From contig OY970178.1 in NCBI GenBank assembly GCA_963707915.1, forward strand, positions 1,344,001 through 1,408,000: a stretch of DNA of 64,000 nucleotides, read 5' to 3'. The notes beneath the pieces were generated by a model that did not search any database, was not told where the DNA came from, and saw only the letters and a program-made list of their open reading frames with translations. Made by a program: the position numbers and the translations under genes. This document shows positions 20,879-29,247 of this stretch, in pieces. Source of the stretch: Candidatus Eiseniibacteriota bacterium (GTDB lineage: Bacteria; Eisenbacteria; RBG-16-71-46). The stretch's first letter is position 1; each line of letters starts with the position of its first letter.

Positions 20879-23800
20879 CTATTCCACCCGCACGAGCGTC
20901 CGCGTGAAGCGGCCGTCCGGCGTGATCAGTCGTGCGTAGTACAGGCCGGGCCTGACGGTCCGGCCGCGGTCATCGGTTCCCGTCCACACGGGCCGGTACG
21001 TGCCCGCCTCCATCGTCGCGCGCGACAGCGTGCGCACCCGGCGGCCGTCCACGGCGAAGATCGCGAGTTCCACCGGCCCGGGCCGGGCCAGGCTGAACGC
21101 CAGCGTCGTCGCGCCCCGGAACGGGTTCGGCGCGGCGGCCGCCAGGGCGGTGGCCACGGGCACGGGCTCGGCCGGCCGGCCGTGGCCCAGGCTGGTCTTG
21201 CGGTTTCGCAGGTCGCGGGCGTCCACCGAGGCGATGGCCACACCCGGCGCCCCGGCGGCCAGGGCGCGGAACGTCACGGTCGCGAGCACGCCCGTCCCCG
21301 CGAGCCCGCGTTCCCGCGCGCCGATCAGCGCGGCGTCCACGACCCCGGGCCTCCCCGAGAAGACCACCCCACCCTGCGCTTCGACGAGCGCGCCGGGGCG
21401 GACCCCGAGCGGCTCCGCGATGCGGTGGTCCCAGTCGAGACGCGCGGAGAGGCCCCGCAGGTTGCCGGCCCCGGCGATGCGAAGACTGGCGACGAACACC
21501 TCCCCCGCCGCGACCTGGGTCGGTGCCAGCAGCGTCACCTCGTCGCGCTCGGCCGGCGCCGGACCGGCCTGCGGCTCGGGAGCCTGGTTGAAATTGGTGG
21601 TGAACAGCATGAGGTCCTCGAAGTCGAGCGAGTTGTCGGTGAGCGGAAGTCCTTCCTCGCTCCCGTCGCTCGTGGGCCCCACGTCGAGGCAGCCCAGCGA
21701 GTCGCCGGGCGCCAGGGCCGCGCCGTAGCGGCTGCCCAGCAGCGACAGGTCCTCGGCCCACACGCGGCCGTTCCCTTCGCACCGGGTCACGCCGTCCGAG
21801 ACGTCGCCGAGGGTGTAGCCGAGCGTTCCCGTGGTCAGGGCGGGCAGCGACACGGCGCCGCACTCGTCCTGCACGAAGACCGCGTAGTACCAGAAGTCGC
21901 GCATCCGCGGGTCGTCCTCGTAGGCGGTGCCGCCCGGCAGGCTGGCGATCTGGACCCAGCGCTCCTCGGGCGGCCACGAGGGCACGGCCGGGGCCGAGCC
22001 GCCGGCGTCGTCGTACTCGGGGTAGGCGCCGAAGCCGGTGCGGAACAACTCGATCGTCTTCCCGCTGCCGGGCGCGTCCCAGCTGACCGTGACCTTCGAC
22101 GTGCCGCCGCCGGTGCCCGGGGCCTGCTGCGTCGCGACCAGTCCGCTGACCGGGGCGGGGCGCACGTTCTCGATGACGATGGAACCCGCCGGGCCCGCGT
22201 CCGCGGCGACCGCGCGGTTGTCGCAATCGCGCAGGGCGACCGCGACCGGGGTCACCGTGCCGGTGCCGCTGACGGCGTCGCTCGCGAGGTGGAGCAGGAA
22301 CAGGGTCCCGCTCGACGCGGTCGGCCCGCAGGGCGGGCCAAGGATGACGCCGTCGACGGTGACCAGGCCGCCGCCCAGGTCACGGACCTGCAGCGAGCTC
22401 GCGGGGTTGAAGGAGCCGAAGTAGCCGCCCTCGCTGACCCGCGCGCCGCCGAGCCGCAGGTTCGCGGAGAGCTGCAGTCTCACGCTGAACCCGATCAGCG
22501 GCTCGGCCGTCGTCCGCTGGATGAGCACCGGCATCGCCACGCAGGAGTCCGTGGCGGTGAGGCAGCCCGCGGGCGGCCCGAGCGTCACGGGATTGTCGGG
22601 CGGCAGGATGGGGACCGTGACCATGCCCGGCGACGCCACGCGGCAGGGGATGCCGTCGTTGGCGCAGTCGCGCATCGTGACCGACGAGAGGGTGACGCGG
22701 CCGATGCCGCTGCTCGAATCGCTCGCCAGGCGGAGGGTGAAGAGCGTCCCGCCGGAGGCGGTCGCGCCGCAGGGCTCGCCGAGGATGGCGCCGTCGATGC
22801 TGTAGACGCCGCCGCCCCGGTCCACGACGCCCAGCTGAACGTTGGGATTGGCACCGCTCAGGTAGCCGCCCTCCTCCGCGCGCGCGCCGCACAGGCGCAG
22901 CGACGCGGACAGACGCACGGTGGCGCTGAAGCCGAGCACCGGCTCGGCCGAGGTGCGCTGGATCGTCACCGGCACGCTGACGCAACCGGCCTCGGGCGTG
23001 ATCGACCCGGAGATCGGGCCGAGGGTCACGGGGTTCGCCATCGGTGGCGGCGCGGCGTTCAGCAGCACCGTCACGGTGTTGGTCGAGAAGCAGGCCACGA
23101 CCAGGTCCTCGCCCTGGTCGTCGTTCACGTCCGCGGCCACCACTGAGCGCGCGTAGGTGCCCGCGCCGTACGCGGTCTTGGGAGCGAAGGTGCCGTCGCC
23201 GTTGCCCAGGAACACCGAGACCGAGTTCGACTGCTCGTTCGCCACGACCAGGTCGGGGTGGCTGTCCCGGTCGAGGTCCTTGACGATGACCGACTGGGGG
23301 AAGAGCCCCGCCAGGTGGTCGGTGCGCGGCGCGAAGGTCCCGTCGCCGTTGCCCAGCAGCACCGAGACCGAGTTGGTGCCGCGGTTGGCCACGGCCAGGT
23401 CGAGCCGCGCGTCGCCGTCCAGGTCCGCGATCGCCACCGAGTAGGGCTGCCCGCCGGTGGCGAAGTCGGTCTTCGCCTGCAACGTGCCGTCGCCGTTGCC
23501 CAGCAGCACCGAGACCGTGTTGGAGCTGCTGTTCGCGACCACGACGTCGGGCTTCCCGTTCCCGTCCAGGTCGCCGACCGCCACCGCGAAGGGATCCGGG
23601 CCGGTGGCGTGGTCGGTCCGCGCACGGAACGTGCCGTCGCCGTTGCCGGGCAGCACCGAGACCGTGCCCGCGCCGCGATTGACGACCACCAGGTCCGGCC
23701 AGCCGTCCCCGTTCAGGTCGCCGGTCGCCACGCACATCGGGCTCGTGCCGACCGCGAAGTCGCGCCGGGGCGCGAACGAGCCGTCGCCGAGGCCGAGCAG

Positions 23801-25210
23801 CACGGAGACCGTGGTGGCGCCCCGGTTGGCGATCGCCAGGTCGAGCCGGCCGTCCGCGTTGAAGTCGCACAGCGCCACGCTGACGGGATTCACGCCGGTG
23901 GCGAAGTCGGTCTTCGGCGCGAAGGTCGCGTCGCCGTTGCCGAGCAGGACGGAAACGGTGCTGGCGCCGTAGTTCGCCACCACCAGGTCGGGGGTCCCGT
24001 CCCGGTTCAGGTCGCCGCTCACCACCGCCCAGGGATCGGCCCCGGTGGCAAGATGCCGCTGCACGCCGAACGTCCCGTCGCCGTTGCCGTGCAACACCGC
24101 GACCGTGGCGAAGTCCCAGGTGAACCAGTCGCTCACCGCGAGGTCCGCGTCCCCGTCGCCGTCCAGGTCGCCAATGGCCAGGGCGTTGGGCTGGTTCCCG
24201 GCCCGGTAGTCGGCCCTCGCGGCGAAGGTCCCGTTGCCACGCCCGAGCAGGACCGAGCTGGTGTTCGCGGAGTAGTTCGCGGTCGCCAGGTCCAGGCTGC
24301 CGTCGTGGTCGAGGTCGGCGACCGCCACGGCCTGCGGGTTGGCGCCGACCGCCTGGCTGGTCCTTGGGCCGAAGGTCCCGTTGCCGTTGCCGAGCAGGAC
24401 CGAGACCGTGGACGGCGAGGCGTTCGCCACCGCCAGGTCGAGACGCCCGTCCCCGTTCAGGTCGCCGAGCGCCAGCGAGCGCGGCGCGGCGCCCACGCTG
24501 ACGTCGGTCTTCGGCTGGAAGGTCCCGTTGCCGTTGCCGGGCAGCATCGAGACCGTGCCCGCGCCGCTGTTGGCGACCAGCAGTTCGGGGTTCGTGTCCC
24601 CGTTCAGGTCGCCGATCGCGACCCACATCGGGGTGGCCCCGGCCGCGTACTGGGTCCGGGCCGCGAAGGTCCCGTTGCCGTTCCCGAGCAACACCGAGAC
24701 CGAGTTCGTCCCCCGGTTGGTGACCGCCACGTCCAGTCGCCCGTCGTGGTTGAGGTCGGCCAGCGCGAGGTGCTGGGGGTACGAGCCCGCGGCGTAGTCC
24801 GTCTTCGCGCGGAACGTGCCGTCCCCGTTGCCGAGCAAGACCGAGATCGTGTGGACGGAGTAGTTCGTGACGACCAGGTCCGCGCGGCCGTCGCCGTCGA
24901 GGTCGCCGATCGCGACCGTCTGGGGGTTCCGGCCGGTGGCGAAGTCGGTCCTCGCGCCGAACGACCCGCCGCCGTCACCGAGCAGAACCGAGATCGCGTC
25001 CGAGTTGTAGACGCTCACGGCCAGGTCGGGGTGGCCGTCGCCGTTCAGGTCGCCGATCGCGACGGAGGAAGGGCTGCGGCTGACGTCGAATGGCAGGAAC
25101 GGCGCGTCGAACAGCACCCCGGCACGAACGGGGAACGCAGCGAGCAGGAGCATGGCCCCGGCCACGAGCGCGGCGCTTCCATGGGAAGCCGGCCCCCGAT
25201 CCGCTCTCAT
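20879..25210 (-). CDS. Secreted FG-GAP/VCBS repeat protein with two cohesin-like, dockerin-like and FlgD-Ig domains
   Basis: Signal peptide; 14 x GD(L/F)NGDGxxDL repeats; tandem NPVTLGP...EGGY...ILG.PCG.TAS.GTLF domains; YPEYDD; PNPF tail. GAGG RBS before ATG 25210. Confidence 0.85.
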   Translation of the reverse strand: MRADRGPASHGSAALVAGAMLLLAAFPVRAGVLFDAPFLPFDVSRSPSSVAIGDLNGDGHPDLAVSVYNSDAISVLLGDGGGSFGARTDFATGRNPQTVAIGDLDGDGRADLVVTNYSVHTISVLLGNGDGTFRAKTDYAAGSYPQHLALADLNHDGRLDVAVTNRGTNSVSVLLGNGNGTFAARTQYAAGATPMWVAIGDLNGDTNPELLVANSGAGTVSMLPGNGNGTFQPKTDVSVGAAPRSLALGDLNGDGRLDLAVANASPSTVSVLLGNGNGTFGPRTSQAVGANPQAVAVADLDHDGSLDLATANYSANTSSVLLGRGNGTFAARADYRAGNQPNALAIGDLDGDGDADLAVSDWFTWDFATVAVLHGNGDGTFGVQRHLATGADPWAVVSGDLNRDGTPDLVVANYGASTVSVLLGNGDATFAPKTDFATGVNPVSVALCDFNADGRLDLAIANRGATTVSVLLGLGDGSFAPRRDFAVGTSPMCVATGDLNGDGWPDLVVVNRGAGTVSVLPGNGDGTFRARTDHATGPDPFAVAVGDLDGNGKPDVVVANSSSNTVSVLLGNGDGTLQAKTDFATGGQPYSVAIADLDGDARLDLAVANRGTNSVSVLLGNGDGTFAPRTDHLAGLFPQSVIVKDLDRDSHPDLVVANEQSNSVSVFLGNGDGTFAPKTAYGAGTYARSVVAADVNDDQGEDLVVACFSTNTVTVLLNAAPPPMANPVTLGPISGSITPEAGCVSVPVTIQRTSAEPVLGFSATVRLSASLRLCGARAEEGGYLSGANPNVQLGVVDRGGGVYSIDGAILGEPCGATASGGTLFTLRLASDSSSGIGRVTLSSVTMRDCANDGIPCRVASPGMVTVPILPPDNPVTLGPPAGCLTATDSCVAMPVLIQRTTAEPLIGFSVRLQLSANLRLGGARVSEGGYFGSFNPASSLQVRDLGGGLVTVDGVILGPPCGPTASSGTLFLLHLASDAVSGTGTVTPVAVALRDCDNRAVAADAGPAGSIVIENVRPAPVSGLVATQQAPGTGGGTSKVTVSWDAPGSGKTIELFRTGFGAYPEYDDAGGSAPAVPSWPPEERWVQIASLPGGTAYEDDPRMRDFWYYAVFVQDECGAVSLPALTTGTLGYTLGDVSDGVTRCEGNGRVWAEDLSLLGSRYGAALAPGDSLGCLDVGPTSDGSEEGLPLTDNSLDFEDLMLFTTNFNQAPEPQAGPAPAERDEVTLLAPTQVAAGEVFVASLRIAGAGNLRGLSARLDWDHRIAEPLGVRPGALVEAQGGVVFSGRPGVVDAALIGARERGLAGTGVLATVTFRALAAGAPGVAIASVDARDLRNRKTSLGHGRPAEPVPVATALAAAAPNPFRGATTLAFSLARPGPVELAIFAVDGRRVRTLSRATMEAGTYRPVWTGTDDRGRTVRPGLYYARLITPDGRFTRTLVRVE
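23060..25100 (-). repeat. Fourteen ~49-aa (147-bp) FG-GAP repeats, probably two 7-bladed beta-propellers
   Basis: Counted 14 DxDxDG-type motifs, most followed by SVLLGNGDGTF. Confidence 0.85.
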
Positions 25211-25313
25211 CGATCCTCGCCCAGGTGTCGTCACGGTGAGCCAGCGGCCATCCGATCGGCCGACCCCGACCGCGCCGGGCCCGGCCGGCGGGAAGGGTTT
25301 GCCACTCCTTCAC

Positions 25314-25319
25314 ATTATA
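25314..25319 (-). promoter_or_regulatory. Perfect -10 hexamer (TATAAT) upstream of the FG-GAP gene
   Basis: ATTATA on the plus strand in an otherwise GC-rich intergenic region; no clear -35. Confidence 0.45.
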
Positions 25320-25329
25320 CACCAGGGGG

Positions 25330-25357
25330 GGCGGGTCCCGGATTCCCGGGACCCGCC
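25330..25357. terminator. Perfect 12-bp-stem hairpin downstream of the 25389-28313 gene
   Basis: GGCGGGTCCCGG-ATTC-CCGGGACCCGCC. There is no U-tract on the minus strand, so the terminator role is uncertain. Confidence 0.45.
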
Positions 25358-25388
25358 TTTCCCATGTCTCCGATTCGAGGCAGCCCGT

Positions 25389-28313
25389 CTACCGGGTCAG
25401 GACCAGGGTGCGAGTGAAGCGGCCCTCCGGCGTCGTCAGCCGCGCGTAGTACAGCCCGGGCTGCACGCCCGCGCCGTCCCAGCTCAGCCGGTAGTTGCCG
25501 GCCGCCTGCACCCCGCTCGCCAGCGTCGCCACCTTCCGCCCGTCCACCGAGTACACCGCCAGGCTCACCGCCCCGCCCTTCGCCAGCGCGTAGCTCAGCA
25601 CCGTCGACCCGCGGAACGGGTTCGGCGTCGCCGGCGCGAACTGCGTCGCCAGCGGCGCGCCCGGCACCACCGGCTTCGTTCCCGCCAGTTCCACCGGCCG
25701 GTTGCCCAGGTCACGCGCGTCCAGCTTCGCCAGCACCACCGCCGGCGCGCCGTTCGCCAGCGCCCGGAACGTCACCGTCGCCAGCACGCCCTCGCCCGCC
25801 AGCCCACGGTTCGCTCCCAGCCGCGCCACGTCCACGTTGCCCGCCCCGCTGCTCAACACCACCCCGTCCTGCTCCGTCGCCAGCGCCCCCGCCACCACCG
25901 ACACCGGCTCGGCCACCGCCGCGTCCCAGCCCAGTTGCGCCGAGATCCCCTGCAGGTCCCCCGCGCCCCGCATCCGCAGGCTCACCGCGAACGTCGTCCC
26001 GGCCGCCACCTTCGCCGGGCCCTCCAGCCACAGCTCGTCCCGCGCCACCTGCGGCGACGCCCCCGCCGCCGGCACCCCCTGCGGCGCCGACACCTGCCCG
26101 TGGTTGATCGCGAACATCATCAGGTCTTCGAAGTTGACCTTGTTGTCCGTCGTCGGCCGCGCGTTCACCGAGTAGTTCGTCGTCGGACCCACGTCGAGGC
26201 AGTTCCAGCCCGCCCCGGGCGGGACCACCGCCCCGTAGTGCGCGCCCAGGAAACTGATGTCCGCGATGTCCACCACGTTGTTCCCCGCGCAGTCCGCCAC
26301 GCTGTTGTGCACGTCTCCCAGGTGGTAGTTCAGCGTCCCGCCGGTCTGGTTCGACACCGCCGAGACGTTCCCGCAGCCGTCCTCCACGAACGCCACGTAG
26401 TACCAGAAGTCACGCGCCGTGGTCTCGTCGTCGAACACCGCCACCGGCGCGGTCAGCGTCGCCGCCAGCGTCCACGCCCCTCCCGGCGGGTACGCCGGGG
26501 TCGCCGGCACCCCGCCACCCACGTCGTCGTACTCCGGATAGTTGCCCCAGCCCGCCCGGTACAGGTGCACCTTGGCCGCGTCCGCGGGGGCGGTGAAGGT
26601 CAGCCGCACCTTCGTCGTCCCGTCCCCGTCGTTCCCTGTCCTCACCTGCGCCGCCGCCAGGTTCGCGATCGCCGCCGGTGCGGTGTTGTCGATGGTGATC
26701 GTCGCCGCCGCTCCCGGGATCCCCGCCACCGGCGCGTTGTCCACGTCGCGCACCGTCACCGAGTTCACCGTCACCGTGCCCGTGCCGGTCACCGCGCCGG
26801 CCAGGTTCAACGTGAACAGCGTCCCCGAACCGGTCGCCCCGGCGCTCCCGCCCAGGATCGCGCAGTCCACCGTGTAGACCCCGCCCCCCAGCGACACCAC
26901 CGGCCCGAACTGGGTCGGGCCCACCCCGCTCAGGTAGCCGCCCTCGACGATCCCGCTGCCGCACAGCGCCAGGCCGCCGCCCAGCGTCAGCGTCACGCTG
27001 TAGCCCCGCACCGGCGTCGTGTCCACCCGGTCGAAGTTCACCGGCACCGCCACGCACGCCAGCGCCGGCGTGATGCACGTCGCCGGCGGCTGCGGAGTGA
27101 CCGCGTCCCCCGTGAGCAGCGCCTGGACGACCTCGGCCGAGACCTCGGGGTACTCGCCGCTGCCGTCGTCCACGACGCCGCTGGCCTGGGGGAGCGCCAA
27201 CAGCCACTGCTGGCCCAGGAAGGCGGCGTGCATCGCGATCGGGTCGTCATGACGCTTCGCATACTCGCCCAGCGCCAGCACCGCGTAGGCGGTCGTCTGC
27301 GCGTCCTGCCCGTAGAAGCTGCCGCCGTACGACAGGCCCCATGAGCCGTCGGCCAACTGGCCGTTCACGAGCGTGTCCCGAATGGCGGTGGCCAGGGCGT
27401 CGTCGTCGGTCCGCTGCGACGCATCGAAGACCCGCAGCGCCCCGGCGAGGCCGGTCTGGTGGTAGTTCTGCGCGAAGTCCGACGGGTTCCAGCCCCCCGG
27501 GCCCAGGAGCCCGTTCATGTCGTCCATGAGCACCTGGGAGACCGAGTCCACTTCGGCCTCGTAGGCGGCGGCAGCGCCCGGGAAGGCCAGCGCGAGCGCC
27601 TTCGAGTCGTTCGAGAGCATATGGATGTCCCAGGGCCACATGCCGGAGAGACCCTGGCTGCGGCGGCCCAGACAGACCGTGCGCGCCCGGCCGCCGGCAC
27701 CGCCACGCACGAGGAGCTCGGTGTCGTGCCGGACCTTGATGGTGTCCTTGAGCGCGGCGTTCCCGGTCTTGCCGGCCCAGCGGATGTAGGCCGTGGCGAC
27801 GTCACCGTCCCAGATGCGGAAGTACGGAGTGCCGAGCAATCCCAGGCCGGTCTTCGAGATGCCGGCGAAGACGTCGCTCGTGCCGATGCCGAGGCGCACG
27901 TCACCGGTGAAGATGGCGGCATCGGCAAGACCGCGTCCGATCGGCCCGTAGAGGTTCTCGTACGAGGCGCCGGCCGGATGCCACGTGGCGCCCGTCGTTT
28001 CCCAGTCCCAGCCGCCGTCGTCGGCATCCGAGTCCCCGGGGTCGGCGCCATTGCCGGCGTTGTCGCTGGTGACGTCGGCCTGGAGGTCCACGAGGCGGTT
28101 GCCGACGGCGAGCGCCGCGGCGACCGGGTCGGTGAAGAAGCCGGCCGTGCTCGTCGCACCCAGCGGCGCGAGCCTGAGCGCATCCGCGGGCGCGCGCGAG
28201 GCGTCCGGAACGCCCGGGTAGGGGACGGCGCGCGGGGGGGCTGCATGCGCGAGCGTGACGAAGGCGCAGGCGAGGAGTACCAGGAGAATCGGGAAGAATC
28301 CGGTGCTTCTCAT
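25389..28313 (-). CDS. Secreted protein: alpha/alpha-toroid (prenyltransferase/squalene-cyclase repeat-like) N-terminus plus cohesin-like/dockerin-like/FlgD-Ig cassette
   Basis: AAAGGA RBS before ATG 28313. Signal peptide; DDGGWDW, QLADGSWG, TTAYAVLAL and QWLL motifs; shared C-terminal cassette with YPEYDD and PNPF. Confidence 0.75.
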   Translation of the reverse strand: MRSTGFFPILLVLLACAFVTLAHAAPPRAVPYPGVPDASRAPADALRLAPLGATSTAGFFTDPVAAALAVGNRLVDLQADVTSDNAGNGADPGDSDADDGGWDWETTGATWHPAGASYENLYGPIGRGLADAAIFTGDVRLGIGTSDVFAGISKTGLGLLGTPYFRIWDGDVATAYIRWAGKTGNAALKDTIKVRHDTELLVRGGAGGRARTVCLGRRSQGLSGMWPWDIHMLSNDSKALALAFPGAAAAYEAEVDSVSQVLMDDMNGLLGPGGWNPSDFAQNYHQTGLAGALRVFDASQRTDDDALATAIRDTLVNGQLADGSWGLSYGGSFYGQDAQTTAYAVLALGEYAKRHDDPIAMHAAFLGQQWLLALPQASGVVDDGSGEYPEVSAEVVQALLTGDAVTPQPPATCITPALACVAVPVNFDRVDTTPVRGYSVTLTLGGGLALCGSGIVEGGYLSGVGPTQFGPVVSLGGGVYTVDCAILGGSAGATGSGTLFTLNLAGAVTGTGTVTVNSVTVRDVDNAPVAGIPGAAATITIDNTAPAAIANLAAAQVRTGNDGDGTTKVRLTFTAPADAAKVHLYRAGWGNYPEYDDVGGGVPATPAYPPGGAWTLAATLTAPVAVFDDETTARDFWYYVAFVEDGCGNVSAVSNQTGGTLNYHLGDVHNSVADCAGNNVVDIADISFLGAHYGAVVPPGAGWNCLDVGPTTNYSVNARPTTDNKVNFEDLMMFAINHGQVSAPQGVPAAGASPQVARDELWLEGPAKVAAGTTFAVSLRMRGAGDLQGISAQLGWDAAVAEPVSVVAGALATEQDGVVLSSGAGNVDVARLGANRGLAGEGVLATVTFRALANGAPAVVLAKLDARDLGNRPVELAGTKPVVPGAPLATQFAPATPNPFRGSTVLSYALAKGGAVSLAVYSVDGRKVATLASGVQAAGNYRLSWDGAGVQPGLYYARLTTPEGRFTRTLVLTR

Positions 28314-28692
28314 GGAACGTGTCCTTTCACGCGGCCACGCCGCAGGGCATGCGGCCCTGGGCATGCGGCCCCGCTCTGGAGGTGGGACGACGCTCCGCGC
28401 ATCGGGACTGCCGGTACAACTGCGATCGGGGGGCCACAGGTGAGGCCGGACCTTCGGAACGATCGCGGAGCGATTCAAGGCGAAATAGGGTCAGCGCTTC
28501 CCGGGGGGCGACCTCGGGACCACATCGGTGGCGATCCTGTGGCACATGGGGTACGGCCTCCCACAACGACGGGCACCTTCTGCGTCGGGCGTCGGGGCCA
28601 TAGCGGGGGACGGATGTGAATCCAGGGCCCTCGACCATTCGACCCGCGGGGTTCCGGAGCGATCCGGACAGGTCGAAGTCATGCGAATCCGG

Positions 28693-29229
28693 TCAACGGT
28701 AGAGCGTCTTGACCCTCCCCCAACTCGCCACGCGCGCGGGCGTGGCGGCAATGATGTGCACGATCCCGCCGGTGCAGTCCGGCAGCGTGATGGCGTTGTC
28801 CGAATCGCGGAAGTCCGCTTCGATGCACGGCACCGGGGCTTCCCCGACCGAGACCGCCTTGAAGCGGAAGGACACCAGGACACCGGGCCCCGCGGTCGAG
28901 CCGGTCAACACGGCCGCGTCGTAGAGGACCGAATCCGCGCCCGCACCCGGCGTCACGATGACGTAGTCCGTGTACGGCCTGCCCGTGCCCGTCAGCACGC
29001 CTCCCGCGTCGGCGCCGAGGAACTGCAGCTTCGCCGGATCGAATTGGAACCGGAGGTGGAACCCCTTGAGGTCCTCGAAGGCGTCGGTCACGATCCGCAG
29101 TTCGAGCTCGTCCCCGACGTAGACGCTGGTGTCGGCGGGCGACATGCCGACGGTGACCGCCCGGGCGGGCGCACCGGGGAGCACCACGAAGCAGAGCAGG
29201 ATGAGGACGACCCGCGGCAGATGCTTCAT
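28693..29229 (-). CDS. Small secreted cohesin-like protein with C-terminal SWGRVKTLYR motif
   Basis: Signal peptide (...PARA-VTV); VGDELELRI...FQFDPAKLQF...GVLVSFRFKA; terminal ASWGRVKTLYR. Confidence 0.75.
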   Translation of the reverse strand: MKHLPRVVLILLCFVVLPGAPARAVTVGMSPADTSVYVGDELELRIVTDAFEDLKGFHLRFQFDPAKLQFLGADAGGVLTGTGRPYTDYVIVTPGAGADSVLYDAAVLTGSTAGPGVLVSFRFKAVSVGEAPVPCIEADFRDSDNAITLPDCTGGIVHIIAATPARVASWGRVKTLYR

Positions 29230-29247
29230 TGCGGCCTTCTCTCGAGG

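Noticed and set aside
13862..23146. 3094-aa plus-strand ORF, and other long antisense ORFs (30357-34469, 10512-13079, 23258-25417, 3938-6088)
   Set aside because: Arg/Gly/His-rich shadow frames antisense to well-supported genes. They are expected from stop-codon scarcity at very high GC3.
23060..25100. 147-bp periodic nucleotide repeats
   Set aside because: Fully explained by FG-GAP coding repeats.
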